From: Waterburya sp.
GTDB taxonomy: Bacteria; Cyanobacteriota; Cyanobacteriia; Cyanobacteriales; Xenococcaceae
DNA length: 64,000 nt
Direction of reading: 5' to 3'
Assembly (NCBI GenBank): GCA_965217895.1
Contig: CBDCJV010000002.1
Location: 1,984,001-2,048,000 of the forward strand
Shown here: positions 49,281 to 60,272 of the stretch, in pieces
Position numbering within the stretch: position 1 is the stretch's first letter
Layout: the number at the start of each line of letters is the position of its first letter
Made by a program: the position numbers and the translations under genes
The notes under the pieces: generated by a model
What the model was told of the DNA's origin: nothing
What the model saw: the letters and a program-made list of their open reading frames with translations, nothing else
Databases searched by the model: none

Positions 49281-50573
49281 GTGGCTTTCAAAATTGGGTT
49301 ATTAGGATACGGGACAGTTGGTACAGGCACAGCAGAAATTATTCTCGATCCATCGGGAAGAAACAATTTGCTGAGGGAAATAGAAATAGCGAAGGTGGGG
49401 GTCAGATCCCTTGATAAACCACGATCGCCTGAACTATCCCCAGGAGTTTTGACGACGGATTTAGAAACTATTGTTAGCGATCCTGAGATTGATATTATAG
49501 TTGAACTTTTAGGTGGATTAGAGCCGTCGCGATCGCTAATTCTCCAAGCCATAGCCAACGGTAAACATATTGTTACAGCTAATAAAGCCGTAATTGCGCG
49601 TCATGGCGCAGAAATTTATACAGCAGCTAACAAGGCTGGCGTGTATGTCTTACTAGAAGCAGCCGTAGGTGGAGGAATACCAGTAATTAAACCTCTTAAA
49701 CAGTCTTTAGGAGTCAATCGCATCCAGACTGTAACGGGAATTATCAACGGCACAACTAACTACATCTTGACCCAAATGACTCAAGAGGGAGCAGATTTTG
49801 CCGATGTCCTGGCTGAGGCACAAAAGTTAGGCTATGCTGAAGCCGATCCCACTGCGGACGTTGATGGTTACGATGCTGCGGATAAAATTGCTATTCTGGC
49901 TGCGATCGCTTTTGGTGGCAGAATAAAACGAGAAGACATTCCCTGTGAAGGCATTCGTCAGATAAACGCTACAGATATCAGTTATGCTGACGATTTAGGC
50001 TTTGTAATCAAGCTACTGGCGATCGCTAAAGCAAGCCAAGATAATGATTCTCTTCAGGTTAGGGTTCATCCTACTTTAGTATCCAAAGAACATCCTTTGG
50101 CAAATGTAAATGGTGTTTACAACGCTATTCTGGTAGAAGGTGAACCTCTAGGACAAGTTATGTTTTTTGGACCTGGAGCGGGAAAAGGAGCAACGGCTAG
50201 CGCGGTAGTATCAGATATTGTCAATATTGTAAGTATTTTGCAGACAAGTAGCACGAGTCAAAAACTAGATCCTTTGCTGCGTTGTTCCCACGAACACTTT
50301 AAAGAGCTTACGCCTGTTGCAGACATTAAAACCCGTTTTTATGCTCGTTTTCTTTGCGAAGATGTTTCAGGGGTAATTGGTCATTTGGGTACTAGCTTTG
50401 GCAATCATAATGTCAGCCTAGAATCAGTAGTGCAAATTGGTTTCCGTGACTCTTTAGCCGAAATCGTCGTTGTTACCCATGATGTCCAAGAAGGTAACTT
50501 TCGTGACTCTTTAGCCGAAATTAAAAACCTAGAGGCGATTAATAGTATTCCTAGCATTCTGAGAGTTTTATAA
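49281..50573 (+). CDS. hom: Homoserine dehydrogenase with ACT domain
   Basis: GYGTVG, VTANKA, EAAVGGGIP, NGTTNYIL, GYAEADP and GPGAG motifs. Confidence 0.95.
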   Translation: MAFKIGLLGYGTVGTGTAEIILDPSGRNNLLREIEIAKVGVRSLDKPRSPELSPGVLTTDLETIVSDPEIDIIVELLGGLEPSRSLILQAIANGKHIVTANKAVIARHGAEIYTAANKAGVYVLLEAAVGGGIPVIKPLKQSLGVNRIQTVTGIINGTTNYILTQMTQEGADFADVLAEAQKLGYAEADPTADVDGYDAADKIAILAAIAFGGRIKREDIPCEGIRQINATDISYADDLGFVIKLLAIAKASQDNDSLQVRVHPTLVSKEHPLANVNGVYNAILVEGEPLGQVMFFGPGAGKGATASAVVSDIVNIVSILQTSSTSQKLDPLLRCSHEHFKELTPVADIKTRFYARFLCEDVSGVIGHLGTSFGNHNVSLESVVQIGFRDSLAEIVVVTHDVQEGNFRDSLAEIKNLEAINSIPSILRVL

Positions 50574-50621
50574 TTTTGGGGTTGCAAAAATAAGAAATAA
50601 ATTTACACACCAAAATAACAA

Positions 50622-51029
50622 TCAGCTTTCTTGATACAAAGAGACAGGGAGATGATGGGAGTAGTGAATGAAGTCTTTGTCGTTTGTATATATCTCCATT
50701 TTTAATCTAGTCGATACTGCACAAATCAAAAAATCAGTATGAGAACCTTGGATTCCTTTTTTTCGGCATAGGTTTGAATATTCAGCAGCAAATTCGTAAT
50801 CTAAATCTATCACCTGCTCGTTAGGAAAATACCGCAGTTTATCTCGCAGTTTTTCATAACGGGAAAAATCACTATAACCAGAAAGTACTTCTTGTCTGAT
50901 CGAGCCAATAATCTTGGCACGATTTTCATTTATAAGTATAGTTAGTTCTTCAGCAACTTTTTTATTTTTTAATATTCTGCCCCTCAAGGCAAAAGACCAT
51001 ATACAAGTGTCAATAATTACGCCACTCAT
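50622..51029 (-). CDS. PIN-domain toxin (VapC family)
   Basis: IIDTCIW, QEVLSG, TDFLI and T.DKDF acidic PIN residues. Confidence 0.88.
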   Translation of the reverse strand: MSGVIIDTCIWSFALRGRILKNKKVAEELTILINENRAKIIGSIRQEVLSGYSDFSRYEKLRDKLRYFPNEQVIDLDYEFAAEYSNLCRKKGIQGSHTDFLICAVSTRLKMEIYTNDKDFIHYSHHLPVSLYQES

Positions 51030-51220
51030 CTACGTCTTTGCTTATAATCATAGTCTTCATCACTAGGAAAAATTCCAAATAAATTGATAATTTCTTGTTG
51101 TTTTCTTCTTTGAACAAATTCTTTTAATGCTTGATTTACAGTATCCTTTTTAGTGCGAAAACCACCAACCTGTAAAGCTTCTTCCAATAATTTTGGATCT
51201 ATTGATAAATTTGTAGCCAT
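51026..51220 (-). CDS. VapB-family antitoxin
   Basis: MATNLSIDPKLLEEA...TKKDTVNQAL RHH-like; 4-bp overlap with the toxin. Confidence 0.85.
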   Translation of the reverse strand: MATNLSIDPKLLEEALQVGGFRTKKDTVNQALKEFVQRRKQQEIINLFGIFPSDEDYDYKQRRR

Positions 51221-51328
51221 AATCACACTAAAATTCACACATTTACTTACACATCATAGCGTATTGTAAACATTGAGCATTGAGTATCAAAATAATCAAC
51301 TGTTGTCTAGATTTAGAAAGCCCCCAAA

Positions 51329-52342
51329 ATGTTACAAAAAAGCGATCGCACTGACAAAAGCAATAGAACCTGTATCATTATTGGCGGTGGAATTTCAGGC
51401 TTGATTACCGCTACAGTTTTGCAGCGTCAGGGAATTAAAGTAACAGTATTAGATAAAGGTAGAGGCATTGGCGGACGTTTGGCAACTCGGCGGATTAAGT
51501 ACTCAGAATCTATAGTTGGAGTGTTTGACTATGGTACGCAGTATTTCAGCGTTGAGCAGCCTGAGTTTCAAGTTTGGGTGGATGAATGGTTACAGCAGGG
51601 AGTAATCAAAGAATGGTGTCAGGGTTTTGGCGAGGCAGACGGCAAACCCCGTTATTGTGGTGTAAACGGCACTCGTGGCATTGCTAAATATTTAGCACAG
51701 GATTTAGATGTTCATCTTGATACGAGGGTAGTAAAGGTTAGTTATGACAAGCATTGGCTGGTGGAAACAGAAAATAAGCAGCTTTATCAGGCAGATATGT
51801 TGCTTATGACTCTTCCTGTACCTCAAGCTCTAGATTTATTAGATGCTTCTCTAATAGTTCTACCATTAGAAATTAGATTTTCTTTAGAAAGCATTACTTA
51901 TCATCGCTGTATTGCTGTTTTAGCTCTACTAGAAAGACCCAGCAATATACCCGCACCAGGGGGTATGACCTTAGAAGATGATTATTTAGTTTGGTTGGCT
52001 GATAATCATCAAAAAGGCATTTCTCCTAATGGTTATGCTGTGACGCTTCATGCTACCTCTGGTTTTAGTGATGATTATTGGAATAGTGATGAGGCTGAAA
52101 TTGCCTATAAATTGCTGAGTGCAGCAGCCGATTATTTGGGTTCGACTGTAATCAAATATGAGATACATCGTTGGCGTTACAGCTTACCCAAAACTTTTTA
52201 TTTTGAACCTTGCTTAGCTTTATTAGAATTACCTTTGATCTTTGCAGGAGATGGCTTTGTTGCACCCAAAATAGAAGGTGCTGTTTTGTCAGGTATGGCA
52301 GCAGGAAAACTAATTAGTCAGAGGTTTGGCTTAAAGAGCTAG
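51329..52342 (+). CDS. Renalase-like FAD-dependent oxidoreductase
   Basis: GGGISG, DKGRGIGGRLATRR, FDYGTQYF, HRWRYS and EGAVLSG motifs. Confidence 0.88.
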   Translation: MLQKSDRTDKSNRTCIIIGGGISGLITATVLQRQGIKVTVLDKGRGIGGRLATRRIKYSESIVGVFDYGTQYFSVEQPEFQVWVDEWLQQGVIKEWCQGFGEADGKPRYCGVNGTRGIAKYLAQDLDVHLDTRVVKVSYDKHWLVETENKQLYQADMLLMTLPVPQALDLLDASLIVLPLEIRFSLESITYHRCIAVLALLERPSNIPAPGGMTLEDDYLVWLADNHQKGISPNGYAVTLHATSGFSDDYWNSDEAEIAYKLLSAAADYLGSTVIKYEIHRWRYSLPKTFYFEPCLALLELPLIFAGDGFVAPKIEGAVLSGMAAGKLISQRFGLKS

Positions 52343-52526
52343 AAACTAATATGAATTTCCAAAAAGAATAATACGAATCAGGTGACGAGGTGAAGTTATG
52401 TTTCTCCAAGTCCCCAAGTCTCCCAGATAAATGAGTGCGTATCCTCAGTTATCAACGGGAAATACAAACTAGAAGAGAAAATTACTAGACTATAAATAAT
52501 AGCTAGCTTAATCTTTCTTAACCAAC

Positions 52527-53873
52527 ATGAAATTAATTCCCAGGCTAAAACAATCATCTGTTCAACAAAAATTTCAATGGGTTGTAAAACCAGATAAATA
52601 TATGGACTCGGCAGTTAAACAAGCTCCTGATATATTTATTGCCGATATTGCAGGTAAAGACGGATATGTGTTTGTCAATCATCCTGAAGCAATGCGCCAG
52701 ATAGTAACGAGCGATCGCGATAAGTTTTTTGCTTCTGGTAAAGATAACGATCTTTTAAGACCTTTGGTGGGCGATAATTCTTTATTCTTAATTGAGGGCG
52801 ATCGCCATAAGCAACGTCGTAAGTTACTTTTGCCCCCGTTTCATGGCGAAAGAATGCAGACTTATAGCAAGTTAATTTGCGATCTGACTCAGAATATTTT
52901 CGCTAAGCTAAAGCCCAATCAGCCTTTTATGGCTCGTCAGGTGACTCAAGAGATATCTTTACAGGTAATTCTTGAAGCGGTTTATGGAGTACAGGATCGC
53001 GAAAGATACGAGGAATTAAAACAGCGCATTGCTAAACTGGCAGATATATTTGAGTCTCCTCTTACTTCCGCTTTCTTATTTTTTCCCTGGTTACAGCAAG
53101 ACTTAGGTGCCTGGAGTCCTTGGGGAAACTTTATTCGCCAACAAAAAGCCATTGATAAGGCAATTTATCAAGAACTTGCTACCAGAAGAACTCAGGATAA
53201 TAGTCAACGTCAGGATATTCTCTCTCTGATGATGTCTGCCAAAGATGAAGCAGGAGAAGGCATGAAAGACATTGAATTGCGAGATGAACTAATGACTCTA
53301 ATGCTGGCGGGTCATGAAACAACGGCTACGGCGATCGCCTGGGCATTATATTGGGTTTATCGTCAGCCAGATATAAAAGCAAAATTACAGGCAGAAATAG
53401 CCAGTTTGGGGACAGATCCTGACCCGATGGAAATTGCTAAACTACCTTATTTAGATGCCGTCTGCAAAGAAACCTTGCGGATTTATCCTGTAGCTATGCT
53501 TACTTTCCCCAGAGTAGTCCAAAAACCAATGGAACTAATGGACTATAAATTAGAAACGGGACAAGTATTAATGGGCTGTATTTATCTCCTCCACCACCGA
53601 GAAGAAGTGTATCCTGAATCCCAAAAGTTCAAGCCAGAACGTTTTTTGGAACATGAATTTGATCCTTATGAATTTTTTCCTTTTGGTGGTGGTAAGCGTC
53701 GCTGTATTGGTGAAGCTTTAGCAAAACTAGAAATGAAGTTAGCTTTAGCAACCATTATCTCCCAATATGAATTGGAGCTAATTGACAACAAGCCAGAAAC
53801 ACCAGCCAGGCGTGGCGTTACCCTTGCTCCCCAAACAGGAGTTAGAATGATGTTTAAAGGAAAGCGACAATAG
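52527..53873 (+). CDS. Cytochrome P450 (CYP110-like)
   Basis: AGHETT, ETLR, PERF and FGGGKRRCIG heme motif. Confidence 0.95.
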   Translation: MKLIPRLKQSSVQQKFQWVVKPDKYMDSAVKQAPDIFIADIAGKDGYVFVNHPEAMRQIVTSDRDKFFASGKDNDLLRPLVGDNSLFLIEGDRHKQRRKLLLPPFHGERMQTYSKLICDLTQNIFAKLKPNQPFMARQVTQEISLQVILEAVYGVQDRERYEELKQRIAKLADIFESPLTSAFLFFPWLQQDLGAWSPWGNFIRQQKAIDKAIYQELATRRTQDNSQRQDILSLMMSAKDEAGEGMKDIELRDELMTLMLAGHETTATAIAWALYWVYRQPDIKAKLQAEIASLGTDPDPMEIAKLPYLDAVCKETLRIYPVAMLTFPRVVQKPMELMDYKLETGQVLMGCIYLLHHREEVYPESQKFKPERFLEHEFDPYEFFPFGGGKRRCIGEALAKLEMKLALATIISQYELELIDNKPETPARRGVTLAPQTGVRMMFKGKRQ

Positions 53874-53947
53874 ATTAGCAATGGAAATAAAATAAGAATT
53901 AAAGAATTGAGTGAAATCGATTGTGAATTATCTTATTTCTCAACTCT

Positions 53948-54829
53948 TTAACATTCTTGAATCGGCTTTATTTGATCGATAATCTCAGTCCACCACTTAG
54001 GTTCAGAGTTCGATTCGCTTTCCAGAATTTGTAATCCTTTAACAGCAAGGTTCGGATAAAGCTCATTGTAATATTCTTTAGCTACGTCTTGGCAATAGCG
54101 GTTCAGTTGGTCAAAAACATTAAAATAAAATGGAGAAAGAACCATCCCCATGCCAGAGTGATCTGATGATTCAAGTATGGATAATAGTGGCTCTCTCAAA
54201 TCTTCTGGAACACAACCATAATTTTTGCGAACTTCGCTGACGACCGATGTTGTGTCTCTACTTCTAAGTATTCCTGGAGTGTTAAATATTCTAGAGGCAG
54301 CTATTTCGTATTTACTAAATATTTTGTTAAAGCAACTTTCTTTAATTGAAGGAATTTCTAAAAAATCACTAACACTATATTTATCTTCAGGTTTAGCAAA
54401 GAGGTCGCTTAGAAGACGAGCAGCAGTAGCATCAATTCTGATGGTTATTCTAGTTTCTCCAGAAGTAGTTACAGTTTTGGTTATATCTAACCAAGGGGAA
54501 GTAATAGTATCTGGATAGGGTTTTGCTTGCCACTTTCTAGGTGGTGAGTCGTCCCTGATAGTTAGACCATCGTAGTAAAGTAAGACCCTGATTTTTGAAG
54601 GGTCTATACCTTCATTAGCCAATGCTTTCTTGATTGCTGAAACTGCTGTAATATGCGTCTCTATTACAGCAGTTTCAGCATAAAGCTGAGATGTTTCTTT
54701 TTTACCTGTAGTTGCCTGGATAACTTCATAGTAATCTCGATTATTTTTAATATCTTCTTCAGTCAACTTCAACTGAGTTGAGGCTAATAATAGTGGAAAT
54801 ATAAAAATTGTTAGTAACTTTTGAATCAC
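53948..54829 (-). CDS. Hypothetical, probably exported protein
   Basis: Long ORF; a GTG start at 54829 gives a signal-peptide-like VIQKLLTIFIFPLLLAS; no known motif. Confidence 0.6.
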   Translation of the reverse strand: MIQKLLTIFIFPLLLASTQLKLTEEDIKNNRDYYEVIQATTGKKETSQLYAETAVIETHITAVSAIKKALANEGIDPSKIRVLLYYDGLTIRDDSPPRKWQAKPYPDTITSPWLDITKTVTTSGETRITIRIDATAARLLSDLFAKPEDKYSVSDFLEIPSIKESCFNKIFSKYEIAASRIFNTPGILRSRDTTSVVSEVRKNYGCVPEDLREPLLSILESSDHSGMGMVLSPFYFNVFDQLNRYCQDVAKEYYNELYPNLAVKGLQILESESNSEPKWWTEIIDQIKPIQEC

Positions 54830-55097
54830 TTTGTAATTTTTTCGCTCATTGAAGTATGTTTGATTAACATTATAAATTTTTACTTTAATTAATCTTGGCG
54901 ATCGCATTAATAACTTATAAGTGCGATCGCACTTCAACTGACATGAGTATGATATGGATATATTTTTGCTAAATTGTAAAATAGATAAACACACAGTAAG
55001 GCAATAATTAATTCAGCAATTTTGTTCTGTGCTGATTAAACTCTCGTTTAGCAATGTATCGGTTAAAATTTTGTTAACCTTTGACCAAAGCTGAAAT

Positions 55098-56948
55098 ATG
55101 TCTGAACCTGTTCTTGATGTTCGCCATCTCCAAGTCCAATTTACCACCGAGGCTAAACCTGTTGTTGCCGTTGAGGATTTGAGTTTCCAACTGAGAAAAG
55201 GAGAAAAATTGGGGATTGTCGGGGAATCTGGTTCGGGTAAATCGGTTACGTCTTTGGCAATTATGGGCTTAGTCCCCACTCCTGGGCAAATTACGGCAGG
55301 AGAAGTTTATTTTATCCCCGAAGGTAAGTCTAAGGTTGACTTGTTGCAAATCAACGAAGCAGAGCGCAGAAGCTATCGTGGTGGGGAAATTGCCATGATT
55401 TTTCAAGAGCCAATGAGCGCGCTTAATCCTGTGTACAATATTGGCTTTCAGCTTACAGAAGCAATTTTACTACATCAAAAGGTATCATCTGCCGAGGCGA
55501 GAAGAAAAGCGATCGCCCTATTACAAGAGGTTCAACTTTTACCCGCCGATGAAGTCTTTAAACAGCAGTATTCAACGGAAAATTCTGGTGCAGTTTTAGG
55601 AGAAAGGGAATTAGCTAGTCACATCAATCAGCGTAAGCAGGAAATTCTTAAACGTTATCCCCACGAGCTTTCAGGGGGACAACTACAGCGAGTGACAATT
55701 GCGATGGCGATTTCTTGTAACCCTAGCATCTTAATTGCCGATGAGCCGACAACCGCTTTAGATGTAACGGTTCAGGCTACTATCCTCGATCTGTTGCGAG
55801 ATCTTTGCACCGAACGAGGCATGGCGTTGATTTTTATTACTCATGATTTGGGGGTAATTGCCGAATTGGTAGACTCTGTAGCGGTGATGTATCGTGGCAA
55901 GGTAGTAGAATCTGGAGATATTAAAACCGTCTTCGCTAATCCTAGTCATCCCTATACTAAAGGCTTGTTGGCTTGTCGTCCTAGCTTGAAACGTCAGCTA
56001 AAGATTTTACCTACGGTGGCAGATTTTATGGATGTGTCTACCACTGAGTTGGGAGAAATTGAGATTACCGAAAAATCAACAGATCTTAACCATAGATTAA
56101 GTGAAGTGGTCACCAAAGCAGAACAGCGAGAAAGGCTAGAGAATTTGTTTCAGCAACAGCCAATTATGTCTGTTAAACAACTGCGGGTAGGCTTTCCTCT
56201 TAAGGGGATGTTTGGCACAACCAAAAAATATATGATGGCGGTAAACGATGTTTCTTTTGAGGTGTATCCAGGGGAAACACTAGGCTTAGTTGGCGAATCT
56301 GGCTGTGGGAAATCTACTCTAGCTAGAACTTTACTACGGCTGATTCAACCCATGCAGGGAGATATAGTTTTTGATGGCGACAACATTACCAATTTATCTT
56401 TAAGAAGCCAAAAATTGCGATCGCTCCGTCGGCAAATGCAGATTGTCTTTCAAAACCCCTATAATTCTCTCAATCCTCGCATTAATATTGGTAAAGCGAT
56501 CGCTGAACCCCTAGTTGTTCACAAGATAAAATGCGATCGCCAGAAGAAAGTCGCTGAATTATTAGAACGAGTTGGCTTAAACCCCAACATGAAAAACCGT
56601 TATCCTCATGAGTTTTCTGGTGGACAAAGACAACGGGTATGTATCGCCCGCGCCTTGGCTTTAGAACCTCAGTTTATTATCTGTGACGAGTCGGTTTCGG
56701 CTTTAGATGTTTCGGTACAGGCGCAGGTATTAAACCTTTTAAAGAAGCTTCAGGCAGAAATGGGATTGACCTACATCTTTATCTCTCACGATCTGAGCGT
56801 CGTTAAGTTTATGAGCGATCGCATTATCGTCATGAACCAGGGCAAAATTGAAGAAATTGATACCGCCGAAGAAATTTATCGTCATCCAAAAACAGACTAT
56901 ACTCGCAAATTAATTGAGTCTATTCCTACAGGGAACATGGCAAGTTGA
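55098..56948 (+). CDS. Fused dual-ATPase dipeptide/oligopeptide ABC transporter subunit
   Basis: Two Walker A motifs (GESGSGKS, GESGCGKS), YPHE.SGGQ twice, and HPYT. Confidence 0.93.
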   Translation: MSEPVLDVRHLQVQFTTEAKPVVAVEDLSFQLRKGEKLGIVGESGSGKSVTSLAIMGLVPTPGQITAGEVYFIPEGKSKVDLLQINEAERRSYRGGEIAMIFQEPMSALNPVYNIGFQLTEAILLHQKVSSAEARRKAIALLQEVQLLPADEVFKQQYSTENSGAVLGERELASHINQRKQEILKRYPHELSGGQLQRVTIAMAISCNPSILIADEPTTALDVTVQATILDLLRDLCTERGMALIFITHDLGVIAELVDSVAVMYRGKVVESGDIKTVFANPSHPYTKGLLACRPSLKRQLKILPTVADFMDVSTTELGEIEITEKSTDLNHRLSEVVTKAEQRERLENLFQQQPIMSVKQLRVGFPLKGMFGTTKKYMMAVNDVSFEVYPGETLGLVGESGCGKSTLARTLLRLIQPMQGDIVFDGDNITNLSLRSQKLRSLRRQMQIVFQNPYNSLNPRINIGKAIAEPLVVHKIKCDRQKKVAELLERVGLNPNMKNRYPHEFSGGQRQRVCIARALALEPQFIICDESVSALDVSVQAQVLNLLKKLQAEMGLTYIFISHDLSVVKFMSDRIIVMNQGKIEEIDTAEEIYRHPKTDYTRKLIESIPTGNMAS

Positions 56949-57063
56949 TCTAAGTTTATCGACAATCAGATGATATCGAGGCTTTAATAGGATAACTCTA
57001 TCTTATAGAGCAATCAAATTAAGATTGATGAGCTAAACAAGGAGAATATTTTCTGTGAATAGA

Positions 57064-57258
57064 ATGTCAAATACAAGCTTGAAGCAAGCCCTAGGATTTT
57101 TTACGGCAGCAATAGTTGCAGCTTTTATATATAAGTTTACTTTAGATATATCTGACGTTAGGTTATTTGTTTTAAAAATATTATTAACTATTTTTATTAG
57201 TGCGGGGGTTTGGCTAATAATTTGCTACGTAATCGACAAAATTGATACTGGTAAATAA
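57064..57258 (+). CDS. Small hypothetical membrane protein
   Basis: Two hydrophobic helices; AGGAG upstream. Confidence 0.5.
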   Translation: MSNTSLKQALGFFTAAIVAAFIYKFTLDISDVRLFVLKILLTIFISAGVWLIICYVIDKIDTGK

Positions 57259-57260
57259 AT

Positions 57261-58337
57261 CTAAACCTGAAAAGGATTAGAAAGATAATCGGCAGTGTTT
57301 TCTACCAAGGCGATCGCATTTTCGTATAACATTCTCTTAGGACCGAGAATACCTACGCTGCCTACTGCTACATCATCTCGATAATAGTTAGCCGAAACTA
57401 AAGTACAGGTACGCATGGGTTCTAAATGATTTTCCCTGCCAATTTTGATACTTACTCGCTTAAGAGAATCTTCGATAGCAGGAATAGTAAAAATAGCTGG
57501 CAAAAGCTCTTCTTGCTGTTCTTCTAACAAAGATAATAGAGCTTGCACCTGCTGAAGCTGAGTAAACTCTGGCTGACGTAAAAATTCGGCTACACCATGA
57601 ATTAGGATGGGACTTGAGTAGCTAGTTTGCATAGATAGTTTAAGCTGCTTGAGTAATATACCCAAAAAACCTGCATACTGAGCAAAATCACGGTCTATTT
57701 CTGCCCAATCTAAAGTAGCAATTTCTGTTAAAGAACGTCCCCTCAGTTCATGGTCGAGAAAGTTAGACAATAATTGCAGTTCACGATCAATAATTGACTC
57801 ATCTGCTTCTTTATCTATTGCAGGAGATTCCATTAGGATTGATTGGGTTTGATAGGAATCTGTAACCACAATCAACATAACCTGATTGTCAGCCACCCGT
57901 ACAAGCTGTAAATGGCGCAGAGTACTATTTTGGTTTTGAGGAAAGGTAATTAGGGCAATATAGCCACTTAAGGCAGCGAGAATTTTAGCTGATTGCTGCA
58001 ATAAAGCTTCAAAACTAGCTCGTCCTAACTGCAACTCTTGCTGAAGCAATTTCTGCACCATTGTATTAATTTTGTCGTCGGGAATGAGCAAATGATCGAC
58101 GTAGGTGCGATAGCCTGAATCAGAAGGAACTCTTCCCGCAGATATATGAGGCTGGTAAAGTAGTCCTGCCTCTTCTAAACGCCCCATAATATTACGTATA
58201 GTTGCTGAACTGACGTTAAAGTCATATTCCTGCGCCAAAGTTTTGGAAGCTACTGGCTCTGCTGTGGCAATGTAATGTTTAATCGTTGCTTTTAATATAT
58301 TTTGATATCTTGCACTCAGTTTAGATTGATGTGCCAT
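57261..58337 (-). CDS. hrcA: Heat-inducible transcription repressor HrcA
   Basis: YIATAEPVAS, SSATIRN, QPHISAGRVPSDSGYR and GILGPKRM motifs. Confidence 0.95.
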   Translation of the reverse strand: MAHQSKLSARYQNILKATIKHYIATAEPVASKTLAQEYDFNVSSATIRNIMGRLEEAGLLYQPHISAGRVPSDSGYRTYVDHLLIPDDKINTMVQKLLQQELQLGRASFEALLQQSAKILAALSGYIALITFPQNQNSTLRHLQLVRVADNQVMLIVVTDSYQTQSILMESPAIDKEADESIIDRELQLLSNFLDHELRGRSLTEIATLDWAEIDRDFAQYAGFLGILLKQLKLSMQTSYSSPILIHGVAEFLRQPEFTQLQQVQALLSLLEEQQEELLPAIFTIPAIEDSLKRVSIKIGRENHLEPMRTCTLVSANYYRDDVAVGSVGILGPKRMLYENAIALVENTADYLSNPFQV

Positions 58338-58412
58338 TAAAGATAATTAATTATTGGGTTAACTATAATTTTCGCTAAAGTATAGCCTGTAAGTCAGATT
58401 AATAAAAGCAAA

Positions 58413-58763
58413 TTAGTAACGGTAAATAGTTGAATCGACAAGAAGTGAATACGCATCTATACCTCCCATTACATTATAAAGGTTGCTAAAACCTCTGGTG
58501 GCTAGCCATTGACACATTTGAGCCGAACGTCTTCCATGGTGACACAGAACTATAGTTTCTGCCTCTGGCTGAAGACAGGTAAAAATTTTTTCTGACCATT
58601 GTTCAATTTCACTTAAGGGATATAAGTCAAATCCTTCAATCTTTGCCAAATTTGCCTCCGATCTTTCTCTTACGTCAACTAACTGTAACGATTGACTGAC
58701 TTGTGCCAAACGCAGAGCCAACTGCTGAACATCGATTTCAGAGATGGCTGAATTATAGTGCAT
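58413..58763 (-). CDS. Rhodanese-like domain protein
   Basis: LVDVRE, LCHHGRRS and GGIDAY motifs. Confidence 0.88.
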   Translation of the reverse strand: MHYNSAISEIDVQQLALRLAQVSQSLQLVDVRERSEANLAKIEGFDLYPLSEIEQWSEKIFTCLQPEAETIVLCHHGRRSAQMCQWLATRGFSNLYNVMGGIDAYSLLVDSTIYRY

Positions 58764-58897
58764 TTTTACTACTAGAGATTTTACTATACTTTGATTCTCC
58801 CTTAAGTTTAAGGAAATTTATTGTTAATTTTTTTACCGACCGACAGTACCTATAATATTAAGCATGGTTATGATTGCTCTTAATTAGCTTCTAGGTA

Positions 58898-60034
58898 ATG
58901 AAATTTCGTTCTTTTTTTTGGGCTTTGATTACAGGGGCCGCGATCGTATTTGCGATCGCTATGAGTAGTTTAGGTTGGATTGCCACTCAAAGTCCAATCA
59001 ATCTGGTAAAAGGTGGAGTTAATACCTTGCCCCAAGCAGCAATGTTTATGCCCAGACAAGCTCCTGCAATGGTTTCATTATTAATCAATCCAGAAAAATT
59101 ATATGCTTGGAGAGAAGTTTCTTTACCTTTAAAAGACCGCAATAGCGATCGCCAGCAGTGGCAGAAATGGAAAACAAGCTTGCTAAATAAAATCGGCTTT
59201 GATTATCAGCAAGATATTAAACCCTGGCTAGGAGACGAGATAACCTGGGGAATCACTAGCATAGATTATGACCGTAACTCTAGTAACGGTACTCAACCAG
59301 GATATCTCTTAGCAGCAGCAACCAGAAATACTAACCAAGCTCAAGAATCTCTACGCAGCTTTTATAGAGAGAAAGATAATGTTACCAGCGAGCAGTACAA
59401 AGGAGCAAATATTATCTCTCAATCTGCCAAGGTTAAATCTAATACTGTCCCGTGGGCAAGTGTAGTAGTGGGTAATTTTGTTTTGTTTGCCAATCAGCCT
59501 CAAATTCTCAAAGAAGCGATTAATCAAGCTCAAGCAGTTAGCTTAAATTTAGCCAACACAGATTATTATCAAACAGCTTTGGGAGAAATTAAAAAACCCC
59601 ATGTAGGATTAGCCTATCTAAATGTTTTGGGGACATCAGCATGGTTAAATAAGTCACCAACATTAACTAAGCTTAATCCCGAACAGATATTAAGCGCATC
59701 TTTATCGATCCATCGATCGGGATTAACTGCCAATACTGCCTTAATTGACATAAATAAGCCTGCTGAAAATTCCCAAACAGTCCAAACCTTTTTAGACAAC
59801 CCTGAATTACAAAAGATTTTTGCTTCTCTTCCCTTTGATCGGCAAAATTTTGCCTATATAGACTTACAGGAAAGAACATCGTTGCTAGAAGAACAAATCC
59901 CACTCTATAAGGTAACCAAGCTGGCAATTCAATCCTTGTTTCCGCGTTTAAAAGCGATCGCCATTAATAATTTAGGTGATCGAGAAGATGCTGGTATTAG
60001 TCGCACCAAGCTTAATTTAATTTTTAGAAAGTGA
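58898..60034 (+). CDS. DUF3352-like protein
   Basis: N-terminal TM; AAMFMP..AP, DIKPWLGDEIT and FVLFANQP motifs. Confidence 0.75.
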   Translation: MKFRSFFWALITGAAIVFAIAMSSLGWIATQSPINLVKGGVNTLPQAAMFMPRQAPAMVSLLINPEKLYAWREVSLPLKDRNSDRQQWQKWKTSLLNKIGFDYQQDIKPWLGDEITWGITSIDYDRNSSNGTQPGYLLAAATRNTNQAQESLRSFYREKDNVTSEQYKGANIISQSAKVKSNTVPWASVVVGNFVLFANQPQILKEAINQAQAVSLNLANTDYYQTALGEIKKPHVGLAYLNVLGTSAWLNKSPTLTKLNPEQILSASLSIHRSGLTANTALIDINKPAENSQTVQTFLDNPELQKIFASLPFDRQNFAYIDLQERTSLLEEQIPLYKVTKLAIQSLFPRLKAIAINNLGDREDAGISRTKLNLIFRK

Positions 60035-60047
60035 TAGAAAAGGGATA

Positions 60048-60155
60048 TATAGCCGTACAAAATTAGATTAGGACACTTAAATTACTTATTACTTATTACT
60101 TTTTACTTACGAGCAACTAAATTTTCCGTCCTAACCGATTAACGTACTGCGATAT
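60048..60155. mobile_element. MITE with TA-flanked imperfect TIRs (IS630-like); partial second copy at about 61661-61710
   Basis: TATAGCCGTAC...TTAGGAC / GTCCTAA...GTACTGCGATA; internal TTACTTA repeats. Confidence 0.6.
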
Positions 60156-60272
60156 ATAGCTAAGGCGATCGCTTACTAAAACGGTTGGCGTTGCTGAATC
60201 AGGGTATGAAATATAAAATTTTTAATATTGTATATTTTTTAAAAGTTAAAAGCTAATAGCTACGATGTGTAG

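Noticed and set aside
50445..50521. 20-bp direct repeat CGTGACTCTTTAGCCGAAAT in hom (RDSLAEI twice)
   Set aside because: It is in frame within an intact ACT domain and there is no sign of insertion; probably local conversion or chance.
50590..51250. Direct repeats flanking the VapBC module
   Set aside because: Only short AT-rich similarity (AAATT(T/C)ACAC), which is too weak to call attachment sites.
58338..58412. CIRCE operator upstream of hrcA
   Set aside because: No TTAGCACTC-N9-GAGTGCTAA match is visible.
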